Of a stretch of 64,000 nt of DNA, positions 8,964-17,697 are shown piece by piece. The position numbers and the translations under genes were made by a program. The notes under the pieces are model-generated. The model searched no databases. It saw nothing but the letters and a program-made list of their open reading frames with translations, and was not told where the DNA came from. Origin of the DNA: an uncultured Actinomycetota bacterium (GTDB lineage Bacteria > Actinomycetota > Acidimicrobiia > Spongiisociales > UBA4744); assembly GCA_963707435.1 (NCBI GenBank), contig CAVPPF010000001.1, positions 35,016-99,015 of the forward strand, given 5' to 3'. Each line of letters begins with the position of its first letter. Position 1 is the first letter of the stretch.

Positions 8964-9609
8964 TCCTGAGGGGGATCGTGACGCTGTCGGACGGGTCCTG
9001 GCCTGGTTGGGTGAACTCCCGGACCTCACTCCCGTGCAATGGGAGCAACTCGAAGGCCTGGCAGACTGGCTGCGGGGAGAGGCTGTGCAGGCGGGCGGTC
9101 TGGGGCCCCGGGAACCGGGACGGATCTGGACCCGCCATATCGCCGACTCGCTCAGCTTCGCAGGTGGCTGGCCGGGATCTCCCCCAGAGCAGCTGCTCGA
9201 TGTGGGTGCCGGCGTCGGGTTGCCCGGAATCCCGCTGGCCATCCTCTGGCCGGGAACCCAGGTGACGCTCCTGGACCGATCAGGTCGGCGGGTCGACCTG
9301 GCCCGGCGAGCCGTCCGACGGCTGGGTATCGGGAATGTCGACGTCCGCCTGGGAGATGCCCTCTCCGAGACTGAGTCGTGGCAAAGCGCCGTATTCCGGG
9401 CCATATTCCCTCCCGAGAAGGCCTGGGAAGTCGCTCATGCAGTGCTCCGTCCGGCCGGCAGGGCAGTGATCGGCCTGCGCGGCACCCGTGCGCTCCGGCC
9501 GCTTTCGGAAGGGTCGACGCCCGGGAGGTCGAGGCGGATCCGCGCGATCCCGGCAACGGTCCTTGACGGCACGGTCTCACTTCTTATCATGGAGCCGAGT
9601 GAACACTGA
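8956..9609 (+). CDS. rsmG: 16S rRNA (guanine527-N7)-methyltransferase RsmG (GidB)
   Basis: Contains HIADSL...LLDVGAGVGLPGIPLAI...VTLLDRSGRRVDL (SAM-binding motif). It sits immediately upstream of parAB. Confidence 0.9.
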   Translation: MKHPEGDRDAVGRVLAWLGELPDLTPVQWEQLEGLADWLRGEAVQAGGLGPREPGRIWTRHIADSLSFAGGWPGSPPEQLLDVGAGVGLPGIPLAILWPGTQVTLLDRSGRRVDLARRAVRRLGIGNVDVRLGDALSETESWQSAVFRAIFPPEKAWEVAHAVLRPAGRAVIGLRGTRALRPLSEGSTPGRSRRIRAIPATVLDGTVSLLIMEPSEH

Positions 9610-10393
9610 ACACGACTTCACCGTCATCGCCATCACGAACCAGAAGGGCGGTGTCGGCAAATCAACGACGGCCATCAACCTGGCTGCGGCGCTCGCCTAT
9701 CAAGGGGAACGGGTCCTCGTCGTAGACCTCGATCCGCAGGGGAATAGCACGTCGGGTCTGGGAATCGATCGATCGGCCATCACCTCCTCGATCTACGACG
9801 TGATTATTCGGAATACACCCCTGGTTGATGTCATCGAGCCGACCAGCGTTCGTGATCTCTTCGTCGTACCGGCCACGATCGATCTGGCGGGTTCGGAAAT
9901 CGAGCTCGTTTCGATGTTTTCCCGGGAATTGCGGCTCCGGGAGGCCTTTTCGCACATCGAAAAGGATTTCGACTTCGTTTTGATCGATTGCCCGCCGTCG
10001 CTGGGGTTGTTGACCATCAACGCGCTGGCAGCATCCAGCGAAGTCTTGATCCCGATTCAGTGCGAATACTACGCTCTCGAAGGCTTGAGCCAGTTGATGA
10101 AGAACATCGAGCTCGTTTCTGGAAACCTCAACCGGGATCTCAAGATTGGCGGCGTCGTTCTGACCATGTTCGACGGACGGACCAATCTCTCGAGAGACGT
10201 GGTAGGGCAGGTCAGGAACTTCTTCGGCGATCTTGCCTTCAAGACTGTGATCCCCCGGTCCGTTCGATTGTCCGAAGCGCCATCGTACGGGGAACCTATT
10301 GAGGCATTTGATCCGATGAGCAGGGGCGCGATCGCCTATCGAGAACTAGGACGAGAGTTTCGCAGGCGACACGGTCGCGACGAGGAGGCATAG
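9599..10393 (+). CDS. parA: Chromosome partitioning ATPase ParA (Soj)
   Basis: GTG at 9599 gives VNTEHDFTVIAITNQKGGVGKSTTAINLAAAL (deviant Walker A). The track's longer ORF from 9488 overlaps rsmG and looks like an over-extension. Confidence 0.93.
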   Translation: MNTEHDFTVIAITNQKGGVGKSTTAINLAAALAYQGERVLVVDLDPQGNSTSGLGIDRSAITSSIYDVIIRNTPLVDVIEPTSVRDLFVVPATIDLAGSEIELVSMFSRELRLREAFSHIEKDFDFVLIDCPPSLGLLTINALAASSEVLIPIQCEYYALEGLSQLMKNIELVSGNLNRDLKIGGVVLTMFDGRTNLSRDVVGQVRNFFGDLAFKTVIPRSVRLSEAPSYGEPIEAFDPMSRGAIAYRELGREFRRRHGRDEEA

Positions 10394-10398
10394 GACCC

Positions 10399-11259
10399 AT
10401 GGCAACCCGCAGGAGTGGACTTGGACGGGGACTCGAAGCCCTCATCCCGAAAGGCGAAGAGGACCACACCGGGTTCGCCGTCATTTCGATCGATCGTGTT
10501 TCGGCAAACCCGCATCAGCCGCGCTCCATGTTCGACGAAGAAGCCCTTGCCTCGCTCGCCGCGTCGATCGTGGAAGTCGGTGTTCTCCAGCCCATCATCG
10601 TGCGGGAGGCCGAAGAGGGTTTCTACACACTGGTTGCAGGCGAACGGCGCTGGCGCGCAGCCAGGAAGGTTGGCCTCAAGGAGATCCCGGCCATCATCAG
10701 GGAGAGCGACGACCGGTCGCTGCTCACCGAAGCATTGGTAGAGAATCTCCAGCGGGAGGACCTCAGCGCCCTCGAAGAAGCGACCGCCTATCAGGAACTT
10801 CTGGAGGATTTTGGTCTCACCCACGAGGAAGTTGGGAATCGTGTGGGGAAGAGCAGGTCGGCGATCACGAATTCCCTCCGCTTGCTCCAGCTTCCGGCTG
10901 CCATCCAGGGCAAGCTCGAACGGGGAGAATTGTCGGCCGGCCATGCCCGAGCACTGCTCGGTCTCGAGGATAAGAAGTTCGCCGAACACATTGCCGAGCG
11001 GGCCGTCGAAGAGGGCTGGTCTGTACGTCAAGTAGAGGATGCGGTCCGATCCCGGAACCAGGCCGTGGCCGAACCACACACCGGCCGGAGGATCGCTCCC
11101 GCACGTCCGGCGGCAATCGTCGAACTCGAACAACGATTGCGCGATCAGCTGTCGACCAGGGTGAAGATCAAGTACGCCAACGATCGCGGCAAGCTGGTGA
11201 TCGACTTCAGCTCGCTCGACGACCTCGAACGCATTTATCGCCAGTTCTTCTCGGCCTGA
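10399..11259 (+). CDS. parB: Chromosome partitioning protein ParB (Spo0J)
   Basis: Contains MATRRSGLGRGLEALIP, LVAGERRWRAARKVG (the ParB box with the GERR motif) and an HTH segment. Confidence 0.95.
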   Translation: MATRRSGLGRGLEALIPKGEEDHTGFAVISIDRVSANPHQPRSMFDEEALASLAASIVEVGVLQPIIVREAEEGFYTLVAGERRWRAARKVGLKEIPAIIRESDDRSLLTEALVENLQREDLSALEEATAYQELLEDFGLTHEEVGNRVGKSRSAITNSLRLLQLPAAIQGKLERGELSAGHARALLGLEDKKFAEHIAERAVEEGWSVRQVEDAVRSRNQAVAEPHTGRRIAPARPAAIVELEQRLRDQLSTRVKIKYANDRGKLVIDFSSLDDLERIYRQFFSA

Positions 11260-11268
11260 CCGATCGGG

Positions 11269-11296
11269 GGGCATAACGTCACGTGACGTTATGCCC
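11269..11296. terminator. 28-bp perfect palindrome between convergent parB and cwlM-like genes
   Basis: GGGCATAACGTCAC|GTGACGTTATGCCC has 14 + 14 nt arms with no spacer. It starts 10 nt after the parB stop and ends 9 nt before the cwlM-like stop. No U-tract follows. The terminator role is inferred from position. Confidence 0.5.
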
Positions 11297-11304
11297 GAGC
11301 AAGC

Positions 11305-12312
11305 TCAGGCAGCACCCGGCGGGTCGGAGGGGCGGGGGAGGGGATCTTCTCCGTCGGTCCGGGCAGTGAAGAATTCGCTGATCGCCTCGGCAACGAGCCG
11401 GCCGGCCGTTTCATTCATCTCGTTGGTGGCCACGACGACTGCCGGTGCTCGCGTTTCCTTCAAGATGGGGTGGGCGCGCCCCTCAACGGGAAGATGGAGC
11501 CGATGGGCGATGGCTGCGGCCAGCATCGCCCCGGCTTCGCTCCGGCTCATTGGCGAGGCAAAGAAGAACACCGAAGGCGGTTCAGCGTACGGGAGTTGAA
11601 ACGAGACGATGAGGGCCGCCCCGAGGCGGTTGCCGCGGCGCGCGCGAATCCGCTCGGGGAGCGCAGTGTCGTTGCTTCTCGAGAGGAGCGGTATGGCGCC
11701 CAGTTGCTGCAGTATCCGGGCGCTCTCGCCTGCCGCCAGCCACGTGCTGGTTGCTTCGTCTCCGTCCCGGCAGGCAGGATCCAGGAAGATGCGGGTGCCA
11801 ACGACCGAGTGGGGTAGCTCCCGCAGCCATTCGCGTTCCCGGATCGCTTCCCGGCCGGTCTTCTGGCTCGCTCGTGCCACCAGACGCAGTTCGGCAAGCG
11901 TACGGGGGCCCGCGATGCCGTCCTCTGCCATCCGTCTGTTCTGCTGGAAATCGACCAGAGCCCCCAGAGTGTTGGGACCGAGGATGCCGTCGATCTTGCC
12001 GGCGTCGAATCCAAGTGAGTTGAGCCTGCGCTGAAGCTCCGCGACATCGTCGCCGCGCAGCATCGGGCGGCGAAGGTAGAGCAGGCGGTCTCCGAGCCGG
12101 AAGCCCGCCTCGTAGATGGCTCTCCAGGTCTCCGGCCCGACGATGCCGTCGGCGGGAAGGCCGCGGCGCCGCTGGAAATCCACCACAGCCAGCCGGGTTG
12201 CCTCGCCGTATTCACTGCGCGGGTCGGCCCCGCACGGGTAACCGAGCGCTCTCAGCCGGTCCTGAATATCCCGGACGGCGGTGCCCGCATCTCCCAAGCG
12301 GTAGAGCCTCAT
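11305..12312 (-). CDS. cwlM: CwlM-like protein: two peptidoglycan-binding (PG_binding_1) repeats plus an amidase_3-like domain
   Basis: Two copies of the pattern LGY/LGFD...DG(I)xGPxT. The C-terminal amidase_3-like region begins IFLDPACRDGDEA. Its position next to trxA-trxB matches Rv3915. Confidence 0.75.
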   Translation of the reverse strand: MRLYRLGDAGTAVRDIQDRLRALGYPCGADPRSEYGEATRLAVVDFQRRRGLPADGIVGPETWRAIYEAGFRLGDRLLYLRRPMLRGDDVAELQRRLNSLGFDAGKIDGILGPNTLGALVDFQQNRRMAEDGIAGPRTLAELRLVARASQKTGREAIREREWLRELPHSVVGTRIFLDPACRDGDEATSTWLAAGESARILQQLGAIPLLSRSNDTALPERIRARRGNRLGAALIVSFQLPYAEPPSVFFFASPMSRSEAGAMLAAAIAHRLHLPVEGRAHPILKETRAPAVVVATNEMNETAGRLVAEAISEFFTARTDGEDPLPRPSDPPGAA

Positions 12313-12505
12313 GCGCTTATCGTCGCAGGTTTCGAGAGGGCGCGGTGAGTGAGGGGCGGTCCGTTACAGGACCGGGCCAGAAGCGGCCATCGTCGCGCAG
12401 TAGGCGCGACCGGCCGGGGAAGCCTCCGGGCGCGCTCCGTGACCGGTTGCACCATGGGATCGGCAGGGCTGACGTGAGGATGGCGCGCCGGTCGGGATCG
12501 CTCGC

Positions 12506-12853
12506 TCAGGTCAGAAACTGAGCGAGCTCCGAAACCATCATGTGCTTGGGGCGGGCACCCACGATCCGCTTTTTTTCGACACCCTGTTGAAAAACGATCA
12601 TCGTCGGAATCGACATGACGTCATAGTTGGCGGCGACCGCCGGGTTCTCATCGACATTCAGCTTGGCAATGGTGATGCGATCAGGGTATTCCTTGCCTAT
12701 TTCTTCCAGGACCGGGGCGACCATCCTGCACGGCCCGCACCATTCTGCCCAGAAATCGACCAGTACGGCCTTGTCTCCGGCGACTGACTCCTCAAAGTTC
12801 GCGTCGGTTACCGTCATGACGTTTTCACCCATCGAAGTTCTCCCTTTGCTCAT
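12506..12853 (-). CDS. trxA: Thioredoxin
   Basis: VLVDFWAEWCGPCRMVAPVLEE carries the WCGPC active site. The start may instead be an internal ATG at 12832 or 12817. Confidence 0.95.
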   Translation of the reverse strand: MSKGRTSMGENVMTVTDANFEESVAGDKAVLVDFWAEWCGPCRMVAPVLEEIGKEYPDRITIAKLNVDENPAVAANYDVMSIPTMIVFQQGVEKKRIVGARPKHMMVSELAQFLT

Positions 12854-12883
12854 CGGTACTCGGAAACAGAAGACGACCCGGGT

Positions 12884-13804
12884 TCATTCCTGGTCGAGCC
12901 ATCGTTCGGCGTCGATCGCCGCCTGGCATCCGGTCCCGGCCGCGGTAACCGCTTGCCGGTAGGTCGAATCGGCCACGTCGCCCGCCGCGAAGACCCCGTC
13001 GACGGAGGTAGCCGTGGACCCGTCACCCCGCAGGGAGAGATAGCCCACCTCGTCCATGTCCAGTTGCCCCCGGAAGATCTCGGTGTTGGGAGTGTGGCCG
13101 ATCGCGACGAACACACCCTCGGTCGGAAAGTCGGCAACATCACCGGTCTTGACGTTGCGGATGGTGAGGCCGGTGACTTCATCATCTCCGAGCATCGCCT
13201 CGACGACGCTGTTCCACATGACTTCGATCTTCGGGTGCTCGAGGGCTCGCTTGGCCATGATGGCCGATGCGCGGAACTCGTCCCGGCGGTGGATGATGGT
13301 CACCTTGGATGCGAACTTCGTGAGGAACATGGCCTCTTCCATTGCCGAGTCGCCTCCACCAACGACAGCGATCTCCCGGTTGCGGAAGAAGAAGCCGTCA
13401 CACGTTGCACAGGCCGAAACACCACGACCACGCAGCCGCTCTTCTCCCGGAACATCGAGCCAGCGAGCCGACGCCCCCGTCGAGACGATGACCGACTCGG
13501 CCAGGTGTTCATCGGCGCCGACCCAGACTCTGAAAGGACGCGAGCTGAAGTCGACCTTGCTGACGTCGGCGGTCTCGATCCGGGTCTCGAAGCGCTCGGC
13601 CTGTTTGCGCATTTGATCCATGAGGTCCGGTCCGAGGATTCCATCCGGGAAGCCGGGGTAGTTCTCGACCTCGGTGGTCAGCATCAACTGGCCGCCGGCC
13701 TGGCTTCCTTCAAACATGAGCGGGTTGAGGTCGGCCCGGGCGGCATAGATGGCCGCAGTCAACCCGGCCGGCCCCGAGCCGATGATGATTACTTTCTCAG
13801 CCAT
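12884..13804 (-). CDS. trxB: Thioredoxin-disulfide reductase
   Basis: [17 protein letters not shown] (FAD-binding motif), the redox centre [10 protein letters not shown], and [12 protein letters not shown] (NADPH-binding motif). Confidence 0.96.
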   Translation of the reverse strand: MAEKVIIIGSGPAGLTAAIYAARADLNPLMFEGSQAGGQLMLTTEVENYPGFPDGILGPDLMDQMRKQAERFETRIETADVSKVDFSSRPFRVWVGADEHLAESVIVSTGASARWLDVPGEERLRGRGVSACATCDGFFFRNREIAVVGGGDSAMEEAMFLTKFASKVTIIHRRDEFRASAIMAKRALEHPKIEVMWNSVVEAMLGDDEVTGLTIRNVKTGDVADFPTEGVFVAIGHTPNTEIFRGQLDMDEVGYLSLRGDGSTATSVDGVFAAGDVADSTYRQAVTAAGTGCQAAIDAERWLDQE

Positions 13805-14087
13805 TGTCTTCCTTTGGTTGGCGCTTGCGCATCGCCCACATCAACGCACCGCCGACCACGAAAAGTCCCCCGAAGAGGGCGTACGCACCGAGCACCCCGA
13901 GCGGGACGGCAACAGCTTCAAAGATCGCGCGAACGAGGTAGATGATCGCGATGGCGCCCAGTGTGACCGCGATGATTCCGAGGGCAGTGATCTTGACCGC
14001 TCGATCGAGACGGTCGACGGTCAGTGACCGTACTTTCAGGGCGGCGTTTTCCAGCAAATCGGCAAAGCGCGTGGGTATTTCGTCCAT
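13797..14087 (-). CDS. Small membrane protein, two predicted TM helices (96 aa)
   Basis: Track ORF. Hydrophobic stretches [20 protein letters not shown] and [21 protein letters not shown]. It overlaps the trxB start by 8 nt. Family not recognised. Confidence 0.55.
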   Translation of the reverse strand: MDEIPTRFADLLENAALKVRSLTVDRLDRAVKITALGIIAVTLGAIAIIYLVRAIFEAVAVPLGVLGAYALFGGLFVVGGALMWAMRKRQPKEDNG

Positions 14088-14129
14088 GCCCTGCAGGTTA
14101 GCCCGATCTCCGGACGGATAGTCAGTTGA

Positions 14130-14933
14130 TCACTCGAACCGGTCGATCAGACTGCAATCGGCTGTGGAGTACACCACAACAGTGCCATCGCTCCGGTAGA
14201 TCTCCACCGGCTCACCGTCAACGATGGCCCGTCCGATCGCCGTGATCGTGCCTTCGCCGATCGCCGCGTCGACGCAGACGAGGGCCGGGTCGGTTTCGAG
14301 CGAGCGGAGGCTGTCTAAGGAGTAGTCCGTCACCGTTTCGGCTGGTTCCGCCATCTTCATTTGTGCCGCGATATCGGCCAGATCGGTGCGGGAAACCGGG
14401 CCGTAGTCTTGAACAGCCGAGACATTTGGCGCCCCGAAGGCCGGAGCTGTGGTGGTGGCCTGGTCGGCTTCGCCGTCGAGCGCTCCCGACATCTCGGCCA
14501 GCTCCTCGGCGACGCTGGTTGCTCCTCCATCGCCGGCAACTGCAGCAGTCGTCTCAGCGGCAGACTGGTCGGCGCCTGGTTCGTTGATCAGAACCGAGCC
14601 GACCCCGACGACGACCAGGAGGGCTGCGGCCGCAGCCATGGCCGGCATCAAACGCTGAAACCACGGATCCTTGGGCCGCACGTGCACGTCCCGGGGTGCC
14701 GGTCCTAGGTGCCGTGCTACTTCCCGGTGTACCGCCGCACGTTCGAGGTCGGTCATCTCCACCCGGGGAGTCGAGCGGAGGAGGGCCAGCGCCTCACGCT
14801 GGAGTTGCAGGTCGGTCCGGCAAGGCTCACAGGTCTCGAGACTGGCTTCTGCTGCGGTCTGTTCGGCCGGGCTCATCTCGCCCTCGGCGATGGCAGCGAT
14901 TAGATCGGTGTCGTGCTCATGCATCATGGTCAT
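14130..14933 (-). CDS. Putative membrane anti-sigma factor
   Basis: It lies downstream of, and overlaps, the ECF sigma gene. The N-terminus MTMMHEHDTDLIAAIAEGEMSPAEQTAAEASLETCEPCRTDLQLQ resembles zf-HC2. There is one TM helix (LMPAMAAAAALLVVVGVGSVLI). The track start at 15032 looks over-extended. Confidence 0.7.
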   Translation of the reverse strand: MTMMHEHDTDLIAAIAEGEMSPAEQTAAEASLETCEPCRTDLQLQREALALLRSTPRVEMTDLERAAVHREVARHLGPAPRDVHVRPKDPWFQRLMPAMAAAAALLVVVGVGSVLINEPGADQSAAETTAAVAGDGGATSVAEELAEMSGALDGEADQATTTAPAFGAPNVSAVQDYGPVSRTDLADIAAQMKMAEPAETVTDYSLDSLRSLETDPALVCVDAAIGEGTITAIGRAIVDGEPVEIYRSDGTVVVYSTADCSLIDRFE

Positions 14934-15498
14934 CCCTTTGATGAACCGACGACCCCGAAAGGTTCCTGAGATGTTCGGCGAGGAGCCGTCTCCCCCGGAA
15001 GACCCTCGACTTGACCGTCCCGATAGGAACATCGAGGGCCTCCGCGACCACCTGCAAAGGGAGGCCCTCCAGATCGCTCAAGACCACCGCTACCCGGAAC
15101 TCCGGCGCCAGACCGGCCAGGGCCTGTTCCAGGTCGGGCCGAAGTTCGACCGACCCGAGGAGGTCCTGGCTGCGGGTGTCGGCCGGTTCGACGACCTCCG
15201 GCAGGGGCTGAGCCTGGTGACGCTTGCTTCGGCGAAGCTGGTCATAGCAGGTGTTGACGGCAATCCGGTAGAGCCAGGTGCTGAAGGCCGAGGCCCCGGA
15301 GAACTGCTGAGCCTTCCGGTACACCGTGATGAACGTCTCCTGAACCGCGTCCAGCGCCGTATCTCGATTGTTGAGAATGCGCAGGCAGATGGCGAAGACC
15401 CTGTCTTCGTGAGCGCGCATAAGCGAGTCGAAGGCCCGGCGATCGCCTGCTAGGAACGCGGAGACCAGTTCTGCATCTTCGCCTGCGCGAAAACTCAT
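14917..15498 (-). CDS. ECF-type RNA polymerase sigma factor (SigM position)
   Basis: Region 2 has FDSLMRAHEDRVFAICLRIL...DAVQETFITVYRK. Region 4 has VVLSDLEGLPLQVVAEALDVPIGTVKSRVFRGRRLL. The gene order matches Rv3911. Confidence 0.9.
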   Translation of the reverse strand: MSFRAGEDAELVSAFLAGDRRAFDSLMRAHEDRVFAICLRILNNRDTALDAVQETFITVYRKAQQFSGASAFSTWLYRIAVNTCYDQLRRSKRHQAQPLPEVVEPADTRSQDLLGSVELRPDLEQALAGLAPEFRVAVVLSDLEGLPLQVVAEALDVPIGTVKSRVFRGRRLLAEHLRNLSGSSVHQRDDHDA

Positions 15499-16796
15499 GG
15501 AAGGAAGCGTACTTCCGCAACCGACGCATAGAACCCATCGTCCTGGGCGGGGAGATCAGTGAACCAAAGCAGCCAGAAGCCGTCATCCCGCTCTGGTATT
15601 TGTGCACTCACGCGTTCTCCCGACACGGTGCCGCTGGCCAGGCGTTCCCAGCCGTCGATGCCGTCCGCCGGCAACTCGGGAGCCCACATGAGCCGGTAGG
15701 CGGTTGCGTCGCTGATGCCGGTCGCCACGAACTCCCCGGGCCGTCCGGTCAGCTCGAAGGCGATGCCGACGCCCCGCTTCAGCCGGGGGAGGGGGTCGAA
15801 GTACCGCTCGGTACGCCAGCTGGTCGTTGGGTCGCCGTCGATCACCAGCGGAATGTTCTCATCGTGCTCGCTGCCGTCGCCTTCCGGGTCGTAGGAGAAG
15901 GCGGAGACGATGATGGTCGGGTCGCCGTCCACGTCCGGTGCCGAGGTCGCCGTGGGTTCGGGAGCAAGCGTGGTCGTGCTGGCATCCGGTGCATCCGGGA
16001 AGAGAATCGGCGAGCCGGGCCCGGAGGGCAGCACGAGGCCGATGGCGACAATCCCGACCGCCAGGATGGAGAGCAGCGCGGCCGGGGCCAACCAGCGCCA
16101 GGACCACTTCGGTTCTTCGGGTTTTGCTTTCGGGGTTTGCGTTGTGGCATGGAGGACTTGCGCAAGACCTGCGGCATCGAGAGTTCCCATCCGGGCGGAC
16201 TGCAATGCGGCGTCGACCGTTGCGGGAATGCCATCGACCACCTGCGACGGTGTGGCCGTCCCAACGGGCCGGCCGGTGATACACATCTCCAGTGTCTCCG
16301 CCAGGGCGCGGGTGTCCTCGGCAACGGATGCACCGGAATGCGGGCGTCCAAAAGACCCGAGCTTGGCCGGATGGGACCCGGAGTAGTAGATCGCCCGTGC
16401 GTCGATCCCCCCGTGAATGCCTCCGGACCGGTGGAAGGCGGCGAGTCCGTCGGCCAATCCGGCAGCATTCGGGAGGAACTCTGCTGCAGGGATCGTCTCT
16501 CCGGCGCTGAGGCGGTCCGCCATGGAGACGCCACCGGCCCATTCGGTGACCGAATAGGCGCCTTCTTCGATCAGACCGGCTGCGTACACCGACACGAGGT
16601 GGACGTGGGTCGTGGCCGCCCCGGCGCGGGCATCGTCGACGAAGGCTTGCCGGCGCTCGATCGAGGTCTCCGGGCCGAGTACGCGGATGAGAACCGGTCG
16701 ATCGAGGGCGGTGTCCGTGGCGAGCCACTCTTCGACGTCGTGATCGCGGCCCAGCCGGACTTCTAGGCTGAAGCGATCTGGAAGCGGTGGGGGCAC
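15495..16796 (-). CDS. Stand-alone pseudokinase, single TM helix, extracellular discoidin/CBM32-like domain
   Basis: Kinase-like fold with the catalytic motifs replaced: VLIRVL for VAIK, HGGIDARAIYY for HRDxKxxN, and LGSFG for DFG. TM helix WLAPAALLSILAVGIVAIGLVL. The C-terminus has IDGDPTTSWRTE. Its TGA overlaps the sigma ATG (ATGA at 15495-15498). Confidence 0.75.
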   Translation of the reverse strand: MPPPLPDRFSLEVRLGRDHDVEEWLATDTALDRPVLIRVLGPETSIERRQAFVDDARAGAATTHVHLVSVYAAGLIEEGAYSVTEWAGGVSMADRLSAGETIPAAEFLPNAAGLADGLAAFHRSGGIHGGIDARAIYYSGSHPAKLGSFGRPHSGASVAEDTRALAETLEMCITGRPVGTATPSQVVDGIPATVDAALQSARMGTLDAAGLAQVLHATTQTPKAKPEEPKWSWRWLAPAALLSILAVGIVAIGLVLPSGPGSPILFPDAPDASTTTLAPEPTATSAPDVDGDPTIIVSAFSYDPEGDGSEHDENIPLVIDGDPTTSWRTERYFDPLPRLKRGVGIAFELTGRPGEFVATGISDATAYRLMWAPELPADGIDGWERLASGTVSGERVSAQIPERDDGFWLLWFTDLPAQDDGFYASVAEVRFLP

Positions 16797-16838
16797 GGGG
16801 ATCTCCGGGGGAGTTGCGTCGTAGTCACCTTAAAGGCG

Positions 16839-17696
16839 TCATTCCCCAAGGCGATAGGCAAAACCAAGTAATCCAGGGCCGGTGTGGGTCCCGACCACGG
16901 GGCCGATCCCGGCGATGAGATGGGTCGGGATCACGGTAGAGATCTGCCGGCGGAACTCCTCATCCGCAACCGGGTCGCTGGTCAGGATGGCCACCTCAGC
17001 GACGGAGGGGCCCAGCGCCGCAGCTCGCTCGACGAGTGCAGCCATCGCCCGTGATCGGGTCCGTACCCGGCCCAGTGCGGCGACCACCCCGTCCTCCATC
17101 GTTATCAGCGGTTTGATATTGAGCAACCCTCCCAGAAAAGCCTGAGCGGACCCGATCCGTCCTCCTCGCTGCAGGTAGTCGAGGGTGTCGAGGGCCGCGA
17201 CGAAGTTCGTGCCCCGGCCGGCCGCTTGTGCTGCCCTAACCACATCTTCGAGATGATCACCCCGGGCCGCTGCCCGGGCCGCTTCCAGCACCTGGAACCC
17301 AAGAGCCATGGACACGTTGCGCGAGTCCACCACCCGGACCGGGACCGAGGTGGTCTGCTCGGCGGCGATCACCGCAGCCTGGTACGTTCCGCTGAGGTCG
17401 GAGCTCAGGCAGACGACCACAATGCCGGTTGCTCCTGTGGCCGCCAGGGTCTCATATCGGTCGCGAAAGCTGCCGGCGCTTGGTGCCGATGTTTCCGGAA
17501 GGTCTGCAGACGAAGCCAGCCTCTCCCAGAACTCGGCATGGGTGAGTTGCGTGCGGTCCTCGAACTCCTGGTTCCCGAAGCGAATCTTCAACGGAACGAT
17601 CTCGATCCCGTGGAGCGCGGCCAGCTCTTCGGGAAGATCACTCGACGAATCGGTGACAACTCGGATCATCTGGGCTCCAGTCGTTGGATACGACAC
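16839..17696 (-). CDS. DegV family fatty-acid-binding protein
   Basis: 285 aa. IRVVTDSSSDLPEELAALHGIEIVPLKIRFG is the typical DegV N-terminus. Confidence 0.85.
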   Translation of the reverse strand: MSYPTTGAQMIRVVTDSSSDLPEELAALHGIEIVPLKIRFGNQEFEDRTQLTHAEFWERLASSADLPETSAPSAGSFRDRYETLAATGATGIVVVCLSSDLSGTYQAAVIAAEQTTSVPVRVVDSRNVSMALGFQVLEAARAAARGDHLEDVVRAAQAAGRGTNFVAALDTLDYLQRGGRIGSAQAFLGGLLNIKPLITMEDGVVAALGRVRTRSRAMAALVERAAALGPSVAEVAILTSDPVADEEFRRQISTVIPTHLIAGIGPVVGTHTGPGLLGFAYRLGE

Positions 17697-17697
17697 G

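Noticed and set aside
11269-11296. The 28-bp palindrome as a second parS
   Set aside because: Only the central CACGTG and a few flanking bases match. About 8 of 14 core positions agree with GTTTCACGTGAAAC, whereas the site at 8948 is nearly perfect.
12496-12528. 10-bp hairpin (GCTCGCTCAG...CTGAGCGAGC) spanning the trxA stop codon
   Set aside because: One arm is coding sequence and no U-tract follows. It may attenuate read-through into the cwlM-like gene, but I cannot support that from sequence alone.
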